Source: a bacterium
Lineage (GTDB): Bacteria; Calditrichota; Calditrichia; RBG-13-44-9
NCBI GenBank assembly: GCA_020350205.1
Contig: CP070707.1
Span: 2,577,090-2,641,089 of the forward strand
Reading direction: 5' to 3'
DNA: 64,000 nucleotides
Translations under genes and position numbers: made by a program
Shown here: positions 17,615 through 25,716 of the stretch, one piece after another
Layout: each line of letters opens with the position of its first letter
Position numbering within the stretch: the first letter of the stretch is position 1
The notes under the pieces: model-generated
What the model was told of the DNA's origin: nothing
What the model saw: the letters and a program-made list of their open reading frames with translations, nothing else
Database searches by the model: none

Positions 17615-20416
17615 ATGAATCGAGTATTATATGTTGTATTTTTGATTCTGGTTTATTTATCTCCCTCATTTACCCAGTCAGGCTCCAAAGAAATCGACAA
17701 GGAGAGTACGATTTCGGGGTTATCCAAACCTGGGGGTATTATTGACCGGGCAGGTGGAACACACAATGCAAGTAATATAGGATTGTTTTTTGAAAATCGG
17801 GGTAAGTTATATCCGCGAAGAATAACCCAGGGTCCCTCTGGAGAGTTTCCAATAAATAGCGGACGTCACTATATATATCGAATTAATCCAATTGTTGGCA
17901 TACCCGGGAATACGGTCCAATGCCGTTTTACCGATAACGAGGAGTGGGAAGCAAGGAAAGGATTCCATAATAATGAATTAGCCCTTATTGCCTTCAGTGA
18001 TAATCCGAATACCTGGCACCCGGCTTCAGGTTGGCCCGTTAAAGATAATGGAGGAGATCCCCTTTTTAGATCAGATCAGGACAGTTACTGTGTATATAAT
18101 GATAGCGGTAATACAGTTCAAATTTTAGATTTGGAAATTGCCCAGACCGGTTATGCATACGGTGTCAAATTTGCGAGGGAGTTGCTGTTTTTTAAGTTTG
18201 AAATATCAAACCGTGGAACTGATCATCTGTCGGATCTTTACTTCGGTTATTATATGGATTTAGATATTGGTAATGTGAGTGGCGGTGATCCTGAGTACAA
18301 TGATGATAAACTTGACTTCATCAGGGACAAAAATTTTGTCTATTTTTATGATGCTGACGGATATTCTGCCGAATGGGGTGGTGCAACCGGATATATGGGT
18401 TGTGCTTTATTGAAAACCCCGGAAATAAGTGGAGTTGAGCTGGGACTCACAGATATGCATTACAATGAGTATTATGACGACGAAATAAAAAGAGATAGTA
18501 TTGAATATGGAATTATGTCCAGTAATCCTGAACTTTATAATTCTTCAATTGGAAATAAATTTTTCCACCTGGGATCATCTACCGACTTACATTTTGATGA
18601 TCCCTCAACAATTCCAACGGGTGGTCTCGATCTTGTTGCAACCATGGCTTCAGGCCCTTATTCCCTAAGTCCGGGAGAAACAATTGTTTTTTATACGGTC
18701 ATTGTAGCGGGGAACACTTTTCCGGAATTGCTAAATTCACTTGAAGTGGCTTTTCGCACGGTTGAATCTAATTTTGAGCTCCCCAAACCACCTCCCACCC
18801 CTAAACTGATGGCATATCCGGGTAACGGAAGGGTCACTCTCTACTGGAATGATGAAGCAGAAAATGGATTGGATAATTTTTCCGGGGAATATGATTTTGA
18901 GGGTTATCGGATATATCGCAGTCTGGATAAAGGATTACACTGGGATCAGATAGACCGTAATCTTTTTCCGAATACTGGGCCGGATCCGGTTCCGCAAATA
19001 GAGTTTGATGTGATTAATGGAATTCCTCCTGATAAGGGATTACAGTATAGTTTTACAGACACCTCAGTTACCAATGGATTTGAATATTGGTACACCATCA
19101 CCTCGTATGATCGTGGAGATTCACTCGTAGAGAGTCTTGAAAGCTCCAAGGGGAATACGGTAGATGCATTGAATACGGTTTCACTCATTCCAATTTCTCC
19201 GGCGCTTGGTCGAATGCCCATATTCTCAGATACGGTAAAACATGTGTCTGGATTTTCAAATTATCGGGTATCGGTTAATCCAATCGATGAAAATGAATTG
19301 GCAGATAATGAATATCAAATTGATTTTAATTATGCCCCAAAGATAGAGAGAGGTAAGTTAAAAACCGAAGTAGAGATTAGTATTACTGACTCTTCCCAGA
19401 CTAAACCGCATCGTTATGGATTTGAGTTTACCGCCACAAATCGTCTAAACTTGGTGAACTTGACCACAGGTGAAGTCATTCGTAGTGGATATGCTTACGT
19501 TTCGGGAGCCAATTATAATCTTCCTGGAATGAGGGTGAAATTAACGGATCCTGATCCCACGGCACCGCCAGAATTTTTACCAAAAAATGGTGATGTAATT
19601 ACCATAAATTTTGCTGTCAATGTTACCAAGAACAAGACTGATTCGGTTATCAAAGAGCGCCCCATTGCTATAAATCAACTCCAGGCAACTGAAGATGGAA
19701 TATTGTTTAAACTGATTCCTCCGGAAATTATTAAGTCGATTTCCAGAATTGGTGGAACCGATTACATAGAATATGACTTTGACGTTTTGGATACGAATGC
19801 GGTCAGCAATAATTTGTATTTAATCTCCATAGAGGGGAATGGTGTGGATGGAACGGGACAGGGCTTTGTCTCTCTTCTCATTCGGGATTCTACCATGATG
19901 ACAATAGATTCTCTGGATACTTTATATAATGAAGACACATTTATCTTTGGCGGTATTCAAGGAACAGTTTATTTTTCTCAAAATAATCTTCCAGGACCCG
20001 GTAATATTTATGCTTTGGAAACACGCCAGTCCCACTTACCCAATATCCAGGATATTTACCAGTTTAAAATACAGAATGCCGTCATCGACGGGAATTATAT
20101 TTCCAATAATATGAATAGAATTCGTGTTGTACCCAATCCCTATGTCGTTTCTGCGAGATACGAACCTGAATTTGGGGAACTGAGAAAAGAACCTTTGAGA
20201 CAACTGGTATTTAATAATCTCCCGTCTAAATGTACCTTATACATTTTTACAGTAGCAGGAGATCTGGTTAAAACGATTTACCATGAATCCAACATCGGTA
20301 CTGCCAGTTGGGATCTGCGATCGGATGGTGGTCGTGAAATTGCCCCCGGCATTTATATCCTTGTGGTCAAAAGTGATGAAGGGGAGTATTTAAGTAGGTT
20401 CGCCGTGATTAAATAG
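17615..20416 (+). CDS. Large (933 aa) secreted hypothetical protein with a C-terminal T9SS CTD-like / FlgD-Ig-like domain
   Basis: Signal peptide. The C-terminal approximately 90 aa (VVPNPYVV...LYIFTVAGDLVKTIYHE...WDLRSDGGREIAPGIYILVVKSDEG) resemble a variant Por secretion tail. No catalytic motif recognised. Confidence 0.6.
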   Translation: MNRVLYVVFLILVYLSPSFTQSGSKEIDKESTISGLSKPGGIIDRAGGTHNASNIGLFFENRGKLYPRRITQGPSGEFPINSGRHYIYRINPIVGIPGNTVQCRFTDNEEWEARKGFHNNELALIAFSDNPNTWHPASGWPVKDNGGDPLFRSDQDSYCVYNDSGNTVQILDLEIAQTGYAYGVKFARELLFFKFEISNRGTDHLSDLYFGYYMDLDIGNVSGGDPEYNDDKLDFIRDKNFVYFYDADGYSAEWGGATGYMGCALLKTPEISGVELGLTDMHYNEYYDDEIKRDSIEYGIMSSNPELYNSSIGNKFFHLGSSTDLHFDDPSTIPTGGLDLVATMASGPYSLSPGETIVFYTVIVAGNTFPELLNSLEVAFRTVESNFELPKPPPTPKLMAYPGNGRVTLYWNDEAENGLDNFSGEYDFEGYRIYRSLDKGLHWDQIDRNLFPNTGPDPVPQIEFDVINGIPPDKGLQYSFTDTSVTNGFEYWYTITSYDRGDSLVESLESSKGNTVDALNTVSLIPISPALGRMPIFSDTVKHVSGFSNYRVSVNPIDENELADNEYQIDFNYAPKIERGKLKTEVEISITDSSQTKPHRYGFEFTATNRLNLVNLTTGEVIRSGYAYVSGANYNLPGMRVKLTDPDPTAPPEFLPKNGDVITINFAVNVTKNKTDSVIKERPIAINQLQATEDGILFKLIPPEIIKSISRIGGTDYIEYDFDVLDTNAVSNNLYLISIEGNGVDGTGQGFVSLLIRDSTMMTIDSLDTLYNEDTFIFGGIQGTVYFSQNNLPGPGNIYALETRQSHLPNIQDIYQFKIQNAVIDGNYISNNMNRIRVVPNPYVVSARYEPEFGELRKEPLRQLVFNNLPSKCTLYIFTVAGDLVKTIYHESNIGTASWDLRSDGGREIAPGIYILVVKSDEGEYLSRFAVIK

Positions 20417-20425
20417 GAGTTTTGT

Positions 20426-21427
20426 ATGAATACTTTCAAATATGGAGTATTCTTCTTGTTTTCTCTTCTCTTTGCCAATAGTGCTTGGGCAGGCAATCCC
20501 AATTTAGGAACTGCGGGTGCTCAATTTCTGAAAATACCCGTAGGAGCAAGAGCAACGGGTCTTGGAGGGGCATATACGGGATTATGCGATGATGCCCTCT
20601 CCGTTTTTTGGAATCCTGCAGGAATTGTCAATGTAAAGTCTCATTCGGTTCATTTTTCTAACATGCGCTGGTTTAAGATGTTCGATGTGAATGCTGCTTC
20701 CTATGCCTTAAATCTATCGAAATTTGGAGCATTGGCCCTGGGTGTAATGGTATTCAAAATGGATAAAATGGAAATAACCGACGAATTTAATCCGGAAGGA
20801 ACTGGTCGATATTTTGATGCTCAGGATATTGCGATGAGTGCCAGCTATGCCAGAAGACTCACTGAAAAATTTAGAGTAGGAATTTCTCTTAAATATATTA
20901 ATCAAAGGATCTGGAATGAAACTGCATATGGAATTGCGTTTGATGTCGGTACCCAGTATCAGATCATATTTCAAAATTTAACTATTGCAATGAGTATGAG
21001 AAATTTCGGCCCTGAAATGAAAATGGATGGTCCAGATTTGAATGTCAAGTATGACTCTGATCCGAATTTTCCGAACAGACTGATACCGACTCGTCTTATG
21101 ACAGAGTCCTACCCATTGCCTCTTACTTTTCAATTTGGGGTGTCACTGGATCTTTATGAAAGTGAATTTATGATGGTTAAAGCAGCCATAGATGCCGTAC
21201 ACCCAAACGATAATCAGGAAAGGATCCAGGTTGGTTCGGAAGTATCCTTTTATGACCGCCTCTATCTTCGGGGAGGTTATAAATACAATTCGGACGATGA
21301 ACAATATAATCTTGGTGTTGGGGTTAATGCATTTTTTGGAAGTGTCTTGTTATATGCGGATTATTCAAATTTATTTTTTAAAATTTTGCCTGATGTCCAT
21401 TTAATTTCGATAGGTATTAATTTTTAG
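20426..21427 (+). CDS. PorV/PorQ family outer-membrane beta-barrel protein (T9SS-associated)
   Basis: Signal peptide followed by the family-typical GAQFLKIPVGARATGLGGAYTGLCDDALSVFWNPAGI. Alternating beta-strand pattern and C-terminal Phe (INF). Confidence 0.65.
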   Translation: MNTFKYGVFFLFSLLFANSAWAGNPNLGTAGAQFLKIPVGARATGLGGAYTGLCDDALSVFWNPAGIVNVKSHSVHFSNMRWFKMFDVNAASYALNLSKFGALALGVMVFKMDKMEITDEFNPEGTGRYFDAQDIAMSASYARRLTEKFRVGISLKYINQRIWNETAYGIAFDVGTQYQIIFQNLTIAMSMRNFGPEMKMDGPDLNVKYDSDPNFPNRLIPTRLMTESYPLPLTFQFGVSLDLYESEFMMVKAAIDAVHPNDNQERIQVGSEVSFYDRLYLRGGYKYNSDDEQYNLGVGVNAFFGSVLLYADYSNLFFKILPDVHLISIGINF

Positions 21428-21806
21428 AAAAATATTTTTTCTTTAACCGTCTTACGACTAACCCGAAAATGTTGGTTTATAATTATTGGCTACTGATCAG
21501 ATTCGATTCCTGCTTTTATAAGTTTATAAGGCTTTTTTCTTAATTGCGAAGTGTATTCCTTCATAGAATAAACATCCCGTAACAGAAAAGATAGTAAATC
21601 TGCCACTCTTTTATCCGCAAATGTTGCCTTTGTGGCTCACTCCATGACTTGATATAAGGAAAACAGTCCTGAAAATGATCAATATATTTTCTGTTTTTAA
21701 ACTATAGGATTCTCACATTATTATGTTTTACAACTATATTGTACTCCAAGCTAAAATTTTTTAATTTTGTTAAAAGTTTCGTGATCATATTTACACAATA
21801 TACTTT

Positions 21807-23258
21807 ATGGAAAAAGTTGAACGTTTTTCCTCCCGCTGGGCTCTGTTACTGGCGGCGCTGGGAATGGCGATTGGTGCGGGTAATATCTGGCGGTTTCCAC
21901 GCCTTGCAGGTCAGTACGGAGGCGCTTTTTTAATTCCCTGGATTATTTTTCTGTTTCTGTGGTCTATCCCGCTACTGATGGTGGAATTTTCCCTGGGTCG
22001 TAAAACGCGTAAGGGGGTCATCGGAACTTTCTCGGAAATTATGGGACCCCGTTTCGCCTGGATGGGGGGATTTGTGGCCTTATGCACCATGGCGATTATG
22101 TTTTATTACTCGGTAGTCACAGGATGGGCGCTTCGGTATTTTCTGGTCACAATAAGCGGAAACTTGTCTGTGATAGATCACGGAAAGGCCTGGCAGCAAT
22201 TCATTACCAGTAATCAACCCATTGTTTTCCACTTGTTGGCATTGTTAATAGGGAGCATCATAATTTATCGAGGTATCAGCCAGGGTTTAGAAAAAGCCAA
22301 TCGTATCCTTTTACCGACCCTTATTATTCTCTTGGTTATAGGAATTGTTAGGGCTTTAACGCTACCCAATGCTGCGGTAGGATTAAATTACTTTTTCAAT
22401 ATTCGCACCGAGCATCTTCTCGACTATAAAGTATGGCTGGAGGGATTATCACAATCCGCCTGGTCCACCGGGGCGGGCTGGGGATTGATCCTTACCTATT
22501 CTGTCTATATGCAGGAGAAGGAAGATATCGTTTTGAACTCATTTATTACCGGCTTTGGCAATAATTCTGCATCGCTGCTGGCAGGTCTGGCTATAATCCC
22601 CACCCTGTTTTCGCTTATGCCTACCCTGGAAGCGGCGGAAGGCGCACTGCGGGTTGGAAATGATGGACTGAGCTTTATCGTCATTCCCCAATTATTTAAT
22701 CAGCTTCCAGGATCTGCATTTTTTTCAGCGGTCTTTTTCTTGGGATTATCTCTGGCTGCACTGAGCTCTCTGATTGCGATGCTCGAACTTTCTACCCGAA
22801 TATTAATGGACTTCGGTTTTTCCAGAAAAAAAGCATTACCTTGGGTGGCTGGAGTAACGGCACTTCTCGGATTGCCGTCTGCAATCTCTTATAAGGTTTT
22901 TCAGAATCAGGATTGGGTCTGGGGATTGGGCCTGATTCTCAGTGGCAGTTTTTTTACCGTCATGGTTGTTCGCTTCGGTGTCCGGAAATTTCGCAAAGAA
23001 TTTATTAATGTGGTTAAGGGCGATCTGGTTGCAGGAAAATGGTTTGAAAAGGTTGTAAAATATCTGATTCCCATTGAAGCCCTGACTCTGATTGTCTGGT
23101 GGCTGTATCGCTCTATCGAATGGAACCCGCAAGGATGGTATAATCCTTTACAAGCGGATTCGCTGGGAACATGCATTTTTCAATGGATTTTGGCCATTGG
23201 ACTTCTGGTTTTGTTAAATGGGTTGATTGTAAAAAAATTACAGCAAAAGAGGGTATAA
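21807..23258 (+). CDS. Sodium-dependent transporter, neurotransmitter:sodium symporter (NSS/SNF) family
   Basis: N-terminal RWALLLAALGMAIGAGNIWRFP signature and 11-12 TM helices. Confidence 0.9.
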   Translation: MEKVERFSSRWALLLAALGMAIGAGNIWRFPRLAGQYGGAFLIPWIIFLFLWSIPLLMVEFSLGRKTRKGVIGTFSEIMGPRFAWMGGFVALCTMAIMFYYSVVTGWALRYFLVTISGNLSVIDHGKAWQQFITSNQPIVFHLLALLIGSIIIYRGISQGLEKANRILLPTLIILLVIGIVRALTLPNAAVGLNYFFNIRTEHLLDYKVWLEGLSQSAWSTGAGWGLILTYSVYMQEKEDIVLNSFITGFGNNSASLLAGLAIIPTLFSLMPTLEAAEGALRVGNDGLSFIVIPQLFNQLPGSAFFSAVFFLGLSLAALSSLIAMLELSTRILMDFGFSRKKALPWVAGVTALLGLPSAISYKVFQNQDWVWGLGLILSGSFFTVMVVRFGVRKFRKEFINVVKGDLVAGKWFEKVVKYLIPIEALTLIVWWLYRSIEWNPQGWYNPLQADSLGTCIFQWILAIGLLVLLNGLIVKKLQQKRV

Positions 23259-23260
23259 AT

Positions 23261-23365
23261 ATGCAAGTGGCCGCAGTCATTACCATGATTGTCATACTGT
23301 TGATCATCTGGGGGGGGCTGTTTTATTTTGTCGGGAAGGCCTATCTGCGTGAAAAATCAGAGTAA
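23261..23365 (+). CDS. MetS-like small subunit of the NSS transporter (34 aa, single TM)
   Basis: ATG 2 bp after the NSS stop. MQVAAVITMIVILLIIWGGLFYFVGKAYLREKSE. The IIWGGL single-helix mini-protein that typically follows NSS genes. It is the 3' part of listed ORF 23171..23365. Confidence 0.55.
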   Translation: MQVAAVITMIVILLIIWGGLFYFVGKAYLREKSE

Positions 23366-23389
23366 TACTCTCCGGAATATTGAGGAAAG

Positions 23390-24391
23390 ATGATCTATTA
23401 TAACCAAGCTTTACGGGATATTCAAAATTCTAAAATTGAGCCGTTTTACCTGTTTTTTGGTGAGGAACAATTACTGGCCGAAAATCTTATCAAGAAGATT
23501 AAATCAGTTTTTTTAACGGAGCTTGAACCCGAGCTCAACTATTTTGTTCGGTATGCCAGTGAAAATGGTGCGGATGAAGTTATCGCATTAAGTTCCGGCA
23601 TGGGACTGTTTTCTAAAAGAAAATTATTGATTTTGAAGGAAGCGGATTCACTTAAACAAAAGGAATTGGACAGACTATCGCGGTTATTTGAAAATCCCCC
23701 CCCTGATATCGTCCTGATATTGCAGACTTCTATCTCTTCACTTTATCAGACCCGTCTGAAAAAGATTGAAAATATAATTACGGTGGTTCATATTCTTCCT
23801 TTAAAGACAGAAGAATTAAAAATTTTTATACTTGAGGAATTTCAGAAAAATGGAAAACGTATAACGGATGAAGCTATCGAGATGCTTATTTTTATGGTAG
23901 GAAATCAGCTTTCTGATTTATCAGTACAGATTGGACATATTAATGATTATTTTGGTAAAGAAACTGTTTATGATGTCAAACATGTAGAGACAGTTGCCGG
24001 CGTCTATGCAACACAGGATGTGTATGAACTGAGTCGACTTATCAGCATGGAAGAGTATCGTAAGGCGGCAGCAGTTCTTTCCAATTTAACGGGAAGTGGT
24101 ATGTCTCCACAATTCATACTGAATCAGTTGTTAAGGCATTTTACTGCCTTATGGCGGATTCAGGGTTATCTGAGAGCTGGAATTACCCGAACAGATGTAC
24201 TCTCATCTCATTTAAAGATGTATTATAAATATGTGGATGAATACAAGACACAGCTGAAGAATTGGAAACCGTCCAGACTCATGGGAGTTATACAATCTCT
24301 TAAAAAAGTCGATAGAGAGTTGAAAAATAATACTTTAGAACCCCAAATAATTCTTGACATGTTAAATTACCAAATTATTAATATTAAATAA
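23390..24391 (+). CDS. holA: DNA polymerase III delta subunit
   Basis: About 333 aa with the typical delta-subunit N-terminus (YLFFGEE..L) and an AAA-lid-like fold. Weakly conserved family, so the call rests on length and pattern. Confidence 0.7.
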   Translation: MIYYNQALRDIQNSKIEPFYLFFGEEQLLAENLIKKIKSVFLTELEPELNYFVRYASENGADEVIALSSGMGLFSKRKLLILKEADSLKQKELDRLSRLFENPPPDIVLILQTSISSLYQTRLKKIENIITVVHILPLKTEELKIFILEEFQKNGKRITDEAIEMLIFMVGNQLSDLSVQIGHINDYFGKETVYDVKHVETVAGVYATQDVYELSRLISMEEYRKAAAVLSNLTGSGMSPQFILNQLLRHFTALWRIQGYLRAGITRTDVLSSHLKMYYKYVDEYKTQLKNWKPSRLMGVIQSLKKVDRELKNNTLEPQIILDMLNYQIINIK

Positions 24392-24398
24392 TTAGCAG

Positions 24399-24423
24399 GG
24401 AACTTTGCTCAACCCATAACGTT
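24399..24423 (+). promoter_or_regulatory. ECF sigma (sigmaE-type) promoter GGAAC-N16-CGTT, autoregulatory for the ECF sigma gene
   Basis: GGAAC at 24399..24403, exact 16-nt spacer and CGTT at 24420..24423, 18 bp upstream of the ATG at 24441. Confidence 0.5.
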
Positions 24424-24440
24424 AAAAATCCGGTTTTTAC

Positions 24441-25055
24441 ATGATAACAAAGACCAAAGATGATGCCAGATCAGTTGTAAGTGATGAACAGTTAATTGCT
24501 AAATTTCAACTGGGAGATCTTCAAGCTTATGACATTTTAGTACGAAGATACAAAGATCAGTTGCTTAATTTTGTTTATCGTTTTGTGGGAAATCGCACGG
24601 ATGCAGAGGATATTGTCCAGGAAACATTCTTACGCGTCTATAAGAACAAACACATGTACAAAGAGATTGCCAAGTTTTCAACATGGGTGTATACCATTGC
24701 TGGTAATCTGGCGAAAACAGAATTGAGGAGAAGAAAGCGCCATAAAATTTTTTCTGTCAGTAATTTCGTCAATGAAGAGAAAGACTATGATATTCCCGAC
24801 CAGGATCATAGCCCTGAAAAAAAGGTAGACAGTGCGATTCAGGAAGGTATAATTCAGAAAGCCATTGAGAAGTTGCCGGCTAAATTTAAGGAGGTAATTA
24901 TTTTAAGAGATATTCAAGGATTTGCCTATGAAGAGATCAGCCAAATTTTGAATATCCCGCTTGGCACTGTAAAATCCCGGGTAAATCGAGGTCGATTAAA
25001 ATTGCAGGAAGATTTGAAATTTCTATATGAAACAGAACCTAAAATCAAACCCTAG
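24441..25055 (+). CDS. ECF-subfamily RNA polymerase sigma-70 factor
   Basis: Region 2 (DIVQETFLRVYKN) and region 4 HTH (YEEISQILNIPLGTVKSRVNRGRLKL). Confidence 0.9.
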   Translation: MITKTKDDARSVVSDEQLIAKFQLGDLQAYDILVRRYKDQLLNFVYRFVGNRTDAEDIVQETFLRVYKNKHMYKEIAKFSTWVYTIAGNLAKTELRRRKRHKIFSVSNFVNEEKDYDIPDQDHSPEKKVDSAIQEGIIQKAIEKLPAKFKEVIILRDIQGFAYEEISQILNIPLGTVKSRVNRGRLKLQEDLKFLYETEPKIKP

Positions 25056-25061
25056 AAAGAA

Positions 25062-25610
25062 TTGAAAGGCCCGCCTATGATGGATTGTGACAGATTTAGG
25101 ATGGATTTCTCAAATTATTTGGAAGGAGAGCTTCACTTAGAGCAGCGCAAGAAATTGGATAATCATTTCTCGATTTGTCCGGAGTGTTATGAGATTTTCC
25201 GGCGGATGAGCGATATCCAGAAAAGATTGAAAAATTTACTTCCTATCGGTACTTCACCAGGCTTTGAGCAACGATTACAGGAAACTATTCTGAGGCAAAA
25301 TCAACTTCCCGGTTTTATTCCCGCACAGCTGCAAAACTGGAAATTACCCGCCATGGGATCCGCTATTGTTGTCGCTACAGTTAGCCTGTTTCTCGTCTTC
25401 AATAATTCGCCAGCACCGGAAAATCCCGGAGTCAATGCACAGTTTAAAACGGCGGCCCCCCAGATTCAGAGCAGTGCTCCGAAACAGGCAAATTCACCGG
25501 ATCGTTCGGTGCAGTCGAGTTACGAAAGTACCACCTTAATACCGGACTCATTAGAATCCGATTCAGCACGATTCAGACCGGAAAACATCCAGCAAGTTAA
25601 CGGGAAATAG
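25062..25610 (+). CDS. Anti-sigma factor, zf-HC2 (ZAS) type, single-pass membrane protein
   Basis: H-x3-C-x2-C motif (HFSICPECYEIF) immediately after the sigma factor gene, then a TM helix (AMGSAIVVATVSLFLVF). The likely true start is MMDCDRF at 25077. Confidence 0.7.
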   Translation: MKGPPMMDCDRFRMDFSNYLEGELHLEQRKKLDNHFSICPECYEIFRRMSDIQKRLKNLLPIGTSPGFEQRLQETILRQNQLPGFIPAQLQNWKLPAMGSAIVVATVSLFLVFNNSPAPENPGVNAQFKTAAPQIQSSAPKQANSPDRSVQSSYESTTLIPDSLESDSARFRPENIQQVNGK

Positions 25611-25716
25611 CCTGTTGTAGTTTTGATTCCAACCAAAAACCAGTCGATTAAGAAAATCGACTGGAATTGTGGCAGGAAATTTTCTAAATTTTGCCACATC
25701 ATAAAAATTTGAATCC

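Noticed and set aside
25668-25685. Sigma54-like -24/-12 element TGGCAG-N5-TTTC upstream of the GAF protein gene
   Set aside because: The -12 GC dinucleotide is replaced by TC. The single mismatch hits the most conserved position, so I did not call it a promoter.
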